64,000 nt of DNA. Origin: Balanoglossus misakiensis (Eukaryota > Animalia > Hemichordata). Made by a program: the position numbers and the translations under genes. Positions within the stretch are counted from its first letter, which is position 1; each line of letters begins with the position of its first letter. The stretch lies in assembly GCA_040954595.2 (NCBI GenBank), contig CM082579.2:13765834-13829833 (forward strand). Reading direction: 5' to 3'. The notes below the pieces were generated by a model. That model was not told the DNA's origin. It did not search any database and was given only the letters and a program-made list of their open reading frames with translations. Positions 1 to 11,733 of this stretch are shown here, piece by piece.

Positions 1-47
1 AAAATCAATGTCCCCCTGTCAGTTCGGATAATTGGAGTTTTACTGTA
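1..47. mobile_element. Right end of a Tc1/mariner(pogo/Tigger)-like MITE, truncated by the window edge
   Basis: Ends ...ttcggataattggagttttactg|TA, the CAGT...ACTG + TA terminus typical of these MITEs; the left end is outside the window. Confidence 0.45.
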
Positions 48-200
48 TTGGGATATATCTTCATTTTGGCAATTTGTACGATGGGTAAACACTATTTGAC
101 GGGCGGAGAAGGCCTGCTTATTGATATGTATTCTATTGCAACCAATCAGTACACATAGTTAGAGACTGCTCAGCACTCCAGATCTTATATCGAGAGCGGC

Positions 201-696
201 CACTGTTTCGCGAGTATAAATTTTCGCGTTCTCTTATTTCATTCACTGCATCGTTATCTTCAAAAAAAATTACGTGACACTTTATTTTTACACTATTTTG
301 GCACTTGCGTATTTGGCGAAAATGTATTGCTCGCGAAAAATTAAAGCCGCTTGCACACGTGCCATTGTTAGGGCGCCCTTTTTGGGATTATAAAATTTGG
401 TAAACATTTCTTATCAGTGACTCAAATACTTTTGCATGCACATGTGTATAAAAGGGACAGGGTCATCGCCCTCTACGCGCGTCCACAGCAGCGTGACTAA
501 AGGTCACAATGTTCACACGTGATTTGAGTCGCTGTTTAGTGCAGCGCCCCGACCCAGGTCCCACCCCTCAACACCGTCCCCAAAAAAGCCGCTCTCACCT
601 TTTCACACGTGGCACTTACAAATTAACGCCGCCCTAGGGCCGCTGCTGGGGCGGCGTTGATGGCACGTGTGAAAGGCACTAAAGTGTTTTACAGTA
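201..696. mobile_element. Degenerate MITE (tactgtaaaac...gttttacagta family) interrupted by a nested element
   Basis: Internal inverted motif tttcgcgag (206) / ctcgcgaaa (330). The right end gttttacagta (686-696) is the reverse complement of tactgtaaaac at 2886. Confidence 0.5.
346..679. mobile_element. Nested non-autonomous TIR element, PIF/Harbinger-like
   Basis: Imperfect TIRs gccgcttgcacacgtgcca / tggcacgtgtgaaaggcac, flanked by duplicated TAA(A) at 342-345 and 680-683; GC-rich interior. Confidence 0.65.
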
Positions 697-935
697 TGTA
701 CTTTTTAATCCCTTCAAATATTTGAATATGATTAATTCCATGATAAGTGGGACAAGAAACCACAGTTGATACCCCAAAAAAATATTGAGAAAATAACCCG
801 AAGTTGGAGTTACTGAGCTTTAAATTGATTTCAATAATCTCCCAAGTGAAAATTGGCTGAAGCTCCTGTAGTCAGTTACCTGTTGGTAGATTGACACATG
901 ACAATGATTGACTGTTTACACTTTTGATCTTTTAG

Positions 936-1154
936 AGGAATATTCAAGCACTGCAGGAGAATCTAGAGATGGCACAGAAAATAAGAACTTGAATTGAAGA
1001 ATCAGCAAGATCAACATGCACGACAAAATCAACTCATAACACAAAGACAACAACAAAAGCAATTACAAAGATAGCCCAACAACAACAACAAGCAGTGCAA
1101 GCACAGCCATCCAATATACAATCAACAAATCAACAACTAAGACACCACTTTCAA
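936..1154 (+). pseudogene. Decayed exon of a Gln-rich protein (penultimate exon)
   Basis: Acceptor cttttag|, donor |gtaagt. Reads RNIQALQENLEMAQK / ELELKNQQDQHARQNQLITQRQQQKQLQ / IAQQQQQAVQAQPSNIQSTNQQLRHHFQ and needs two frameshifts. Confidence 0.6.
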
Positions 1155-1643
1155 GTAAGTTGTCACAATAATGTGAACAGTGAATATTTTGAAAACCAAG
1201 ACTGATACCCGTGTCACTCCTGGGAATTGTTATGTGGGGAAAAATAAAATCATTTTTCTCAAAAAAGGAGCTTTCTTGATGTTACAAATAACATGTTCTG
1301 TGCCATTCCCGAAATTATCTTAATGTATTTGGGACCTGACAGTCACACAGAATAAATTCAAAGCACTATTTGCCCAAAGCAGACCTAAATTACAGACAGA
1401 GGAATACAACAAATCTTGTCTCATTCTTATTTTCAATTCTTCTAGTTTTTCCATGGTATCAGTGTGGAAGCACTGATGATAACCTCCGTCAAACAGTTTT
1501 AAATGCAGACAATCGTCTTACTCTTATGCACATATGTGTAATTTTGTGTGTACAAAATAAGATCAAATCCAAATATCTGCAAATTTTATGTGCATGCATT
1601 CAAATAGTGGACTGCCTTCACTTCCTTTCATATTTCTTGCCCA

Positions 1644-1645
<2 letters not shown>

Positions 1646-1676
<31 letters not shown>
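1646..1676. repeat. (TA)n microsatellite
   Basis: About 15 TA units read directly. Confidence 0.95.
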
Positions 1677-1679
<3 letters not shown>

Positions 1680-2314
1680 AAGACTTTCATTTTGTCTCTT
1701 CTTTTCACTCAATTTGCTGTTTTTTTTTCCTAATTTACGACACAGAGTATGGTTGCCGCCATCTTGTCTGTTGTATAGACAGAATTGTGTCATTGATAAA
1801 GTTTTTGTAACCAGAATCTCTGCTTTGGCACATGCGCATTAGACGATCATAACCCTTTAACAAAAGTCTGCTTAGAATTTAAATCACATTGTTTTCAAAA
1901 TGTCTGCATCTGATTACATGGTGAATTAAAGCTGAAAGCAGTGTTCACTGGGCCCAAGCGATTCCCAGGGTTTCTACAGAATGCCAAGGATTATCTGCTG
2001 TGGATACCAGAAATTTTGTCAAAAAGTTTTGATCCTAAACTGATTTATGTCCTACAAAATCCAAACTTCTAGATCTATTGGTTAGCCTAGAATTAGGCGT
2101 GTACATAATTAATTAGGTCAATGGGGGTCCTGAAATTAACCATCAAATAGTAGACACGACACGACTATACCCGAAATTACAGTTACTTTATGCCTCCCTA
2201 AATTTCAGTCTGATTGACAAATGTGAAGAACGTTAAAGAGAGCTGTCTCCTGATACATTGCCGCTTTCTGTGAAGTGACTTTAAAAAGAAAACCATTTTG
2301 TTTGCATTCAACAG

Positions 2315-2599
2315 CAACAACAAAAACAACAAGCTAGCGGTACACAACCAACCATTCCACCACCACCACCACAACAACAACAACCAGCAGCAACACAACA
2401 AACATGGCAACAACAACAGCAGTTCTTACAACAACAGCAATCACAACAACAACAACAGCTGTTACTAGGACAATAGCCACGGCCGCGACCACAGGTACCT
2501 CAGATGGGCTTGGCACCCAGCATGCAACAAACACAGCAACAATCAAGTAGTAGTCTGCTGGCTGATGACATGAGTCTTTTTGATATTCTGAATCAATAA
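2315..2599 (+). pseudogene. Decayed terminal exon of the same Gln/Pro-rich protein
   Basis: Acceptor tttgcattcaacag|, in phase 0 with the previous donor. Reads QQQKQQASGTQPTIPPPPPQQQQ, a frameshift, then QQQQQFLQQQQSQQQQQLLLGQ*PRPRPQVPQMGLAPSMQQTQQQSSSSLLADDMSLFDILNQ*. Confidence 0.6.
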
Positions 2600-2885
2600 A
2601 TTCATACAGGAAACTGACTATAATGAACACGAGACTGTAGACTTTAATTAAACAGATCAAATAACACAGAATGGTTATTCCAGTGTAGTAACAGAATAGA
2701 CTTGTTCTGTACTAATTCTTGCATTAGCTTTACTTTGTTGCCATCGTAATACCTTATTTCAATATGACCATAGTTGTATGCGAGACAGATGTAACTGGTT
2801 GTCAGTGTCTATCGTAATACAAAGTCTGCCATACACAAAGCAACTATGCATTGTCTTCTGGTGTGAAAAAAAGATACTTAGGATG

Positions 2886-3660
2886 TACTGTAAAACAGGA
2901 AATTTTCACGAGCGATAAATTTGCATGAATCATGCAAGAGCCAAAATAACCTGAAAACTAAAAAGTGTCTGGAAATTTCCGACCACTGACCCTTGTCAGT
3001 GCTTGGAAATTTCAAGGCTCTCACATTCCCTGAGTGTCCGGAAATTTCCGACCACTGACCCTTGTCAGTGCTTGGAAATTTCTAAGCTCTCACATTCCCT
3101 GAGTGTCTGGAAATTTCCGACCACTGACCCTTGTCAGTGCTTGGAAATTTCAAGGCTCTCACATTCCCTGAGTGTCCGGAAATTTCCGACCACTGACCCT
3201 TGTCAGTGCTTGGAAATTTCTAAGCTCTCACATTCCCTGAGTGTCTGGAAATTTCCGACCACTAACCCTTGTCAGTGCTTGGAAATTTCCAGGCTCTCAC
3301 ATTCCCTGAGTGTCTGGAAATTTCCGACCACTGACCCTTGTCAGTGCTTGGAAATTTCCAGGCTCTCACATTCCCTGAGTGTCTGGAAATTTCCGACCAC
3401 TGACCCTTGTCAGTGCTTGGAAATTTCCAAGCTCTCACATGCCACTGACTCTTTTCCAAGTATTTCAGCTGCAAAATATGGATTTGTCAATGAGCAGTGC
3501 TTATTTCCTAAAATTCATACGAAATCCAACGGATTTGTGTGATACGGATATTAATCTAACAATTCTTGTAATAAATATTGGGTTTCAGATTTACTTTTTG
3601 ATGCTATTGTTTTTTTCTGGCGAAATTTTACAAACAATTCACACACTTGCAAATTTTCAA
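2886..3660. mobile_element. MITE remnant hosting the 69-bp minisatellite
   Basis: Starts tactgtaaaacaggaaattttcacgag, the same terminus family as 686-696; the right end is degenerate and approximate. Confidence 0.4.
2964..3440. repeat. 69-bp minisatellite, ~7 copies, each unit a near-palindrome
   Basis: Unit gagtgtctGGAAATTTCCgacCACTGACccttGTCAGTGcttGGAAATTTCCaggctctcacattccct; the 23-aa periodicity of ORF 3003-3542 confirms 69 bp. Confidence 0.95.
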
Positions 3661-3975
3661 TAGAAATATTACTCATGATAAACATGGAGACAAAGTTTCA
3701 TTAGAAAAAAATCAAAAGGACTGTCATGTACGTGGCTTTGATGGAGACTCAGTTTTTTCACAGATAAATTTTAATTTGAGTTTAAAGCCAAAATATGACA
3801 AAATGCATTTTTCCTGCTGTACAGCTGCAGGAAAGAGACTAAGAATACCTTTATGTAATTTTTTCATTAGAAATTGGCAAAGAATAAGGAATATTTTCAT
3901 AAATTTCTAACTTTTTCAGCAGTAATTATGTAAAAAAGAGGTTTTTCGGAAATTGGAAAATGTTTTCTATACTGT

Positions 3976-4349
3976 TAGTATATACCCATTTTTTCTGCTT
4001 CCAAAACGAACATTTAGAGTCATGCATGCCACTGGCCCAATAAAACCTGATAGCCCTTGCTGGGAACTGTGATGTAACTAGCATCCCCCTCGAAGTCACG
4101 CACATAAACTGATCAATGGTGATTGTGTGTAAAGATACAGTGAAGGCAAGGCTAATCTAAAGTCAAAATGGTACTCATCCTTAACAACACATGTATCCTT
4201 TGACCAATCAATGGAAAAAAAAAGTCTGTGATTGACTTCAAAGTGATATTAATTACATCACAATTCCCAGCAAGGGGTATCGTGCTTTATTGGGGCAGTG
4301 GCATGCATAGTTTTTGGAAGCAAAGCTGACAAAATACAGCTATATACTA
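3976..4349. mobile_element. MITE with long (~100 bp) imperfect terminal inverted repeats
   Basis: atgcatgccactggcccaataaa...cccttgctgggaactgtgatgtaa (4022-4077) mirrors ttacatcacaattcccagcaagggg...tttattggggcagtggcatgcat (4253-4308). Outer pairs are gcttccaaaa/ttttggaagc and tagtatata/tatatacta. Confidence 0.75.
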
Positions 4350-5637
4350 GACTAATATTTCATTAAAGCCTGATCATTAAACTGAAGAACGTATCTCTAA
4401 AATTGCTCTCTATTTCTCCCTCAGGGAAAAGAGCAATAGACAAAACTTTGAGTGACAGATCTTCCAGTTGTGTACTTATCATTTGTATTACCCAATCACA
4501 GACTTTGTGTTATTGGTCATTTATCTGTCCAATTTTAATACTCTTGTGTTCAGTGGAGCATTACACCAAAGAAGTCACACTATGACAGTGACAATAAAAC
4601 ACTTGCAAAAACATGGATTGCTCAGGTCAGCCTATCTGGTTACAGATTACCTGTGAACCAACTAATCCAGCTATAATGAATGTGTTTCATTATATACAGA
4701 GAATTGTAGGTTGTTTGAGACGTGTTAATATCACACTCTAGCATGGGGCAATGTTCACACGTTTATATTTATCATGTGAAAGCCACAAAGTCACCAGCTC
4801 TTGATGTTCATTTTTTTTGGAATAATTTGTTATGATCTGATTGCTGAAAATTGAATTGAAGCTGAACCTACAGCATATGTGTGGACATAACATGTTTATA
4901 CTTCCATGTAGTAATTTGTGTTACAGCCAAACAATTAAATAACACCATTATAACAAAATTAACGAAACTCACCCCAGGGCTATCACTAATTTGAAGGGAT
5001 GCTGATCCAGAGTTAATGGTTCATTGGGGAGTCTAACAGTGTTTTGAAATGTCACATTGTAATTTGAAAGTTAGGCTTGGGTAGTGACAATGTTATTACA
5101 TTGTTGTGTACAAAATTTGAATGGAGCTCTATGAAAAGAGAAAAGTGGTGTGTGGAAAAAATCAGTCTCTGTGCTAATATCCAGTGCCTTCATTCGACTC
5201 TCAAGGAAAGTTTGGTAAAACAATGAACTTTTTGTGTGTCAGCATTATTGGGAAAGATTAAGCCCACACATGTATTCAATTTAGATAAAAATGGAAAATT
5301 ACCATCAGCCTTTTTTCTTAGCACTCTCACCTTTCACCCAATTCCCTGTGTAGACATCCAATTTTCCAGCAGGAAACAATGGATTTGGACCAAACCATTC
5401 GTTCACTTGAATATATATGTAATATCTGTATGTATGTAACACCTGTATTCTTTGCAGTCATCATTTAATCATTTATGCATGAGAACACCTTTCTAGTAAT
5501 GATAGAACTTACAGTCTATTTGATGATCTCAATTATATGCAAACCACCAGGATGTTTCATTTGACTAATGAACTCAAGGTAATGCGCCACCATAGTGTAG
5601 ATTGCTGATATAAAAGGACACCATGCATATACTTAGT

Positions 5638-5956
5638 CAGTTCACCTCTGTATCCAGACCGGCCACATGTATGAACTGAAGATGTCTATGTTCAATTTCA
5701 GGTTAGTTTTCCTTGTACTTTACCTGTAGCTTGAAGCATTTTTATATAGGTGCATTCTACTGGCTCATTTTAGCACAAGTAATTGGTGTCTGAACTTGCG
5801 TCAAGTCTTCAATTGTACTTCTGTATTTTTCACTTGCATGAATTTTTGTGTATTCTGCTGTAGGTGAACTCCCATACATGTGCGTAATTTAGCAGTTCAC
5901 CTGTGTAGCCAGACCGGCCACACATATGAACTGATGATGTCCCTGTTCAATTTCAG
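5638..5956 (+). repeat. Diverged ~64-bp direct repeat pair (5638-5701 and 5893-5956)
   Basis: cagttcacct.tgta.ccagaccggccaca..tatgaactga.gatgtc..tgttcaatttcag occurs twice, 255 bp apart. Confidence 0.8.
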
Positions 5957-7039
5957 TTAAGAAATGTTATAGGCCTATGTCTTGTGAAACCTTTAAACCA
6001 TGTTGGTGTGTTTTGTGGTGAACGGCGACACCCGTGACAAGTATGTTAGAATCAAACTATTAGATGCATGTGAAGAAATATAGTCTGTTATAAGGAAGTG
6101 ACTGGAGTGAAGGAGACCTCGTACGACGAAAAGTACTTTAATAGACTCGAAATGCAATCAAATTACAATCGAGATATAATGCATTTATATATGCTTAAAA
6201 AGGTAAATTAATGAATGGTGTCAACAAAATAAACGTTCATGATACATTTAGATCATTTTCTCGTCCAGCTAGGGGGTTCAACGTCAAAAGGAAAGTTCAC
6301 TATTCAAATGCAAATAAAGTCATTAAAGAGTCCTAATCTCTTCTATCCAGTGACCATAGTAGCCAAACAATTAAAATCACATGTTTTTAATATCAATATT
6401 CACATACATTGCTTTTTACTTTTCTTGAATTTCCTAACATTTTTTTATTTTAACAAAAACAAGAGCCTTTCATGACCACTTATTGACTTTCGAAAATATT
6501 TCATGTAATCAGCCATTCATTTTATGTGTGTGTGAAGAATGACCCTCTGAGGCTGTTGAATCATGTATAGTGCTGAAGGGGAGGGGGGGACACCATTCCT
6601 CAATTTTGTTGATTTTGCATAAGATGCTAAGTTGGTATTTTCCACACATTGCTTTTTGTACTGAGAATTACTCAGTTCTTAAGAAGAGCTTTTGACTAAC
6701 ATTTCATTGTATTTACAAGACTGCCAGAGTATGTAAATAGTATATGCAGCATTAGGAAGGAATATCTTTGATATTTTTATTCCAACAATTTTCCTATCAT
6801 GATAAATAAGTAGACAGATATATCATGTTAGGATTTTTGCATACTTAAAATAAATATTCTGATAAAATGAGTGCTTTTGTCTGTCTCTTTGATTTCAGGT
6901 GAGGATCAGTATTTGTTGTTGCTTTTCCTGCACAGATTCCAATTAGAAGGCAATTGTGATTACCAGTATGTTCTGTCTGATTGAAGTTTGAGTTTTCTTA
7001 GGACCTGAATATCGCTCTAACAAATGGTTTGCTTTCAGA

Positions 7040-7720
7040 TGTGGAGTTAAGCGCTGGTGATAGTTTTGGCTATTCTGTTCTCTCACTTTGGCTGTTCTGT
7101 TCTCTGTTTTTGTCTGATCTCGGACACATTAGCTGAAAACTACTGGTCAGATTTCTTTGAAAATTGGTATGCATATATCTTCTGCCAACATCACAGAGCT
7201 CTATAAGTTTTGACCTTATATCGTGAATTTTCTACTTTTTATGACTTTTGTCATTTTTTCCACATCTTCTATGAAAGTGATTGGTCGATTTCTCTAAAAA
7301 AAATTCAGTATAATTATAAAGCTTCCTATAGGTGATCTTTGTTTTTTTTTCAAATTGTTGCTAAGTTTGCGTATTTGTAATTATGGGCCAAATTTTGCAA
7401 TTTTTGGTCAAAATTCGTTTTCTCGGAAGTCGCTTGTCAGATTGCTTTGAAAATTGGTAGGCATGTTTTCAGGGTTAAGCAATTGTGAGTTGTGTTAAAT
7501 TTTTGCTGAAATGTGCATATTTATGTTCTTGAGGTAGGGCCTAACTGTTGCAATTTTTCGTCAGAAGTTTTTGTCCTTGAAACCTCTTGTTAGATTGCTT
7601 TGAACTTCGGTAAGCATGTTCCTTATACTGATTGATGTAAGATATTGTACAATTATGGTGATGTTTGAATATTTGAGTTTGGCAGTTTTGGGACAGTTTT
7701 TTGAAATTAGGTCATATCAG
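7040..7720 (+). mobile_element. Degenerate interspersed repeat with ~150-bp internal core repeats (HINE/DINE-like)
   Basis: Recurrent cagatt.ctttgaaa.ttggta.gcat motif at ~7148, 7438 and 7591, with a (tctg)-like simple tract at the 5' end; a homologous copy lies at 10.8-11.25 kb. Confidence 0.5.
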
Positions 7721-8710
7721 CTCGTGTGGTATTAGGTCAATAACAACAAATTAAGTCCAAACGTTGGCCACGCTTCCTACTTTAATATAGCACAAGTATG
7801 AAAAAACGACCAGTTTGTGTTACGTTACCTGCTTTCATTGAGAGCAGCGCCCGCAAGTGAGTTTTTTAGAAAATTTGATCAAATTCATGATGAATCGAAT
7901 TGAATCGACGTTTATTCCAGCTGGGAGCACTTTATAGACTACAAAGTTGTTTTGTTAGATGGGTAAAATTTAAGACCACTCGACCAATGCAGAGGGAAGT
8001 TGTCAAAATCGACGAAACAAAGCGAGAAAATGGCAATTTGCGCTGTCGACATATTTCTTCTCCTGCCTCGAATTATCAATCCCATGGAACCCCCCCCCCC
8101 CCGGCGCGCCCGAAAAAAATATATATCAATCAGGGATCATCATAAAACTCGACTATGAATCGGACATGAAATCAAACTCGACGATGGAAAAGCAGCCGAT
8201 TCCGAGATAAACGCATCCCGATAGGATGAGAACTCCGCCATGTGACTTCATCTAATTTCTCTGCAAACATGGAGGGGTTGTACGTTGGTAATGTGTTTAC
8301 AAAGCAAAGTTAAGACATAAGTCCGAACATGACCGTGGTCCGAAGCTTGGACACTCTTATCAAACAGAGCAGTACAGTGTGTGGAGACATCGCCCGTAAG
8401 ACACACCACCGGCCCTGCCACACTGAGCTGCAATATGCTCTTGGCTCGTAGCCGTCCCAGTCGGTAACAAGTCGTTACGGCACTTATTCTTTTCGGTTCG
8501 GCCTTTAATGTACGCGACCCCGGCCGTTTCGTCCTAGCTGCAAACCGATTCTTCAATTTGCAGTTCAGTAAAGTTGGCGAACGGGATAGTCTGTTAACGG
8601 AAAACGCAGGCCTATACACAGTGCTGGCGAACGGGACAAAAGGCCACAATAAAAGCGAGCGTGTTGTCAGATCAGTGGGACTATCATAACACGAATACAT
8701 AACATGTGGA

Positions 8711-9216
8711 AGGGCTAGGCCTAATTTTCTCCTGAGAAAGTTCAATTCGTGTTCTGTCGATGTGAAATTGTGTTTATTTAATGCTTTTTGTAATAACATT
8801 TATGACTTTCATTTATGGTGCGATTATAATATCCGGAATATCATCGTATGTCACAACAATGCACTTCGAAGACTTCTTGGTCACCCGGACACGAAAGTGC
8901 CTCTAAAATATTTTTTCTAAACGCCGTAAACTGCTTCTCCGTCATGAGAAGAAAAGTCGCTTTTAATTTTTCTGTTCGTCTCTGTACTAGTCCCAATGTT
9001 TTGATCAATCGTCTTGTCTCATGAGATATGCGCTTTTATGGACTACATACCCACTGGATTGACATTTTACATTGATTCTTAAAACTATTATATTTTTTAC
9101 ATTTATTTCATGTATTACTTTTCTAGTGTTTTTGTCAGTTTTTGTAACCTATTTCTATGGACGGTTGTGTCTGAAATAAAGATAAATAATAATCATAATA
9201 ATAATAAAATAATAAT
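8711..9216 (+). mobile_element. 5'-truncated non-LTR retrotransposon (CR1/L2 group): ORF2 C-terminus, 3' UTR and (AAT)n tail
   Basis: Translates ARPNFLLRKFNSCSVDVKLCLFNAFCNNIYDFHLWCDYNIRNIIVCHNNALRRLLG, a frameshift, then HESASKIFFLNAVNCFSVMRRKVAFNFSVRLCTSPNVLINRLVS*, resembling the post-RT region of these LINEs. AATAAA at ~9175 precedes (AAT)n. Confidence 0.75.
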
Positions 9217-9789
9217 TACGATCCCGAGATTACGATAAGCATAGGGACATTATAACGAGCCAACGTGAAACTGACATGGAAACGATCGACAGTACGGTAG
9301 AGCACAGTGACTGCTGGTAGAGCGAGCGTGTTGCTGTGCGGGAGGCATTTACCATGTTTGTTTACAACACACACCAACATGACCTGTGGCCGCAGTTGCA
9401 GCCTCCTAAGCGACCTAACCCAAGCAGTTTACGATCTCGGGTATCGTGGTCTGACTGACCAAAATGACACAGAAAGAGAAACACATTAGGAAGTATTATA
9501 GCTCTGTTTCCTCGAAGTCGAATAAGTGTTCACAACACAAGGCACATCAAACCCGTTGCTCAGACATCGGAAGTTTGCAGTTCGCTTGCCTGGTTTGAAA
9601 TGCGTGGCTGTGGTAGAAATTACCCACTGTGCCCCCCCCCTCCCCGATTTTATTGTGTAGACAATGAGGCACTCACACTCAAAAAGCAAATGAGATATTC
9701 TTTCGAATGCGAGCATGTTCCAGAGCGTTCTAAAGAAATAAAATATGCAGCTGTAGCATGTATGCATATTCATTAGTGTGTCGTAATGC

Positions 9790-10170
9790 TAACTTTGGTC
9801 TGTGATTGGGTAACACGTTCTACTCACCATAACAACAGGTGATCATTGATCCGTTTCCGGTGTGCGACGCCGGGTTTCGACCACTTTCCTTCTACTTGCC
9901 GCGGGATCAAGACGTCTTTTCGGTAGGCTCATAATCGAATCATTGCTTTTAGTACAATAGCCTATTTAGCTATGTTACCGTCACTCGATTGTTTTGTCTG
10001 GTATTGGGTGACTTGCAGCTATCCGTACAACACCTTGTAGTTGAACAGAAGTAGGTTTAATTCCAGAAACAATTCCGAGCTACGGGCGTGCAGCTAGCCT
10101 GTCGGCTATTCTGGGTATGGCTGCGCTGGCTCCCGAATCAGGAGACCAGGAAGTCATAATCGAGAAAGTC
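9790..10170 (+). promoter_or_regulatory. CpG-rich candidate promoter / first exon
   Basis: Local CpG enrichment, reverse CCAAT (gattgg ~9805), ETS-like ttccgg (~9855) and caggaagt (~10148), and a possible donor cg|gtaggc (~9922). Motif evidence only. Confidence 0.25.
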
Positions 10171-10789
10171 TAGTCATATTTATAGGGTTATATTTTGTGA
10201 GAATTTTATTGCTAGGCCTCTTGCCTAAGCGCACGTAGGACCAGTTTGTGAGATTGAAAAGGATGGCAGCGCTGCAGGATGTTTAGTGTCAAAATAGTCG
10301 ACCATACTGTCGAACGGTTGTGGCAAAATGGCACGTCACTGTGGCGACATAAGGTACGGGTAGAACGTTTTTCTCTGGAAAGTCTCTTTGCTGGTGGACG
10401 GAACGATAGTTCCATACGTATAGTCTTTGTTTAGCGGAAGGTCAGGAAACCACGGTATTTTTCCATACATAATTCCATACGTTCTTTGAGGTTTTTATAT
10501 GAGTCACCTCAGTGTTTGCAGGTGTTTTTTTTTTTATTTTACGGTTTAAACGTGGTTGGTGTATTTTCGCTTTTCTGGTGAGATTTCCACCTCTCCGTTG
10601 GCATACTTAAAAAATTATCCTAATTTTTATTGGGAAAACCGATAAAACCAAAACCACAACTAAAGAAAATGTCTTAAACATTTTAACTTAGGCATTGTAA
10701 TCTGTTTGGTGATAACCCTTTTAGCTTTGAGAGATAACCGATTTGATGTTTTAGTATAAGCCAATTTTTTTACCAGGGCGACAAGGATT

Positions 10790-11260
10790 TTTTCTCCTAG
10801 AGTCGTGTTGCTTGGAAGCATACTTTTGTATGTGTGGTCCCAGTTGATGAAAACCTGGTTGATGAAAAATGTGCATATTTATAATTTTGTAGCAATTTTT
10901 GCCATTTTTGGTCAAAAATTGTTTCCTCTAAAACCGCTTGTGAGATTGCTTTCAAATTTGGTAGGCTTGTTCCTTGGGGATAATTAAATGAGATGTTTAA
11001 AAAAATACTTGAAATTTACATATTTGCGTTTTGTGTGTGAAAGTTGTGGAATTTTTCATCAAAAATTATTTTCTTTCAAACTGCATGTCAGATCGCCTTG
11101 AGCTTTGGTAGGCATGTTCCCTGAAGCGATTGAAGTAAGATATTGTACAATTTTGGAGAAAATACTGATTTTTCTGAAACTGCATATGGGATTGCTTTGA
11201 AATTTGATAGGAATATTCCAATGGGTAACCCAAGTTTTGTCTGATTGTGTTGATTACCCT
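10790..11260 (+). mobile_element. Second degenerate copy of the 7.0-7.7 kb repeat family
   Basis: agattgctttcaaatttggtaggcttgttcc and gcatgttcc...gattga.gtaagatattgtacaatt match 7438-7660. Confidence 0.55.
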
Positions 11261-11733
11261 ATACTGAGACTCACTAAGTACACTATATGTTTATATTACT
11301 AGGGAGTTCAGAATCCAATATGGCCACCATTCAAAGTGGGACATGCTGTATAATCTGATTGATTTCTAAACTTGTCATATTTTGATTTCTCGGTCTTGCA
11401 AATAAAAATAAAATGCCAAAAACTGAGTAACTTTCATTTCTTCCCGCTTGTTAACGTCATATGTTGGTGTTGTCCATTACAACGATTATCATCTAAGCGT
11501 CCCGAAACACTGATAAGAACTCCAATATAATTAGCCAGAGTAAACTGAGATTTTTATGCTGAAGTCGGCATATGGTCTTTTTCCTCCTACTGGGAAAGTG
11601 GCTAGAGTCAATCAGTGCATAATGGCAGCATTACATGGCACTGAATAAATGGCAGGGGTATTTACATCTCTGTATTTTTTTCACTTAAACCATTATAAAT
11701 CTCTAAAGTATATTATAATATTGTGTATGCAAC

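Noticed and set aside
1370-1810. 146-aa ORF
   Set aside because: It lies in the pseudogene intron, runs through a (TA)n tract and has a non-ATG start.
2334-2660. Val-rich membrane-like ORFs on the minus strand (also 2198-2416)
   Set aside because: They are antisense shadows of the CAA-rich pseudo-exon.
3003-3542. 179-aa Cys-containing repeat protein
   Set aside because: It is the translation of the 69-bp minisatellite (length divisible by 3), with a non-ATG start, inside a MITE remnant.
8248-8799. 183-aa minus-strand ORF
   Set aside because: It has no recognisable domain, and its start lies antisense within a LINE fragment.
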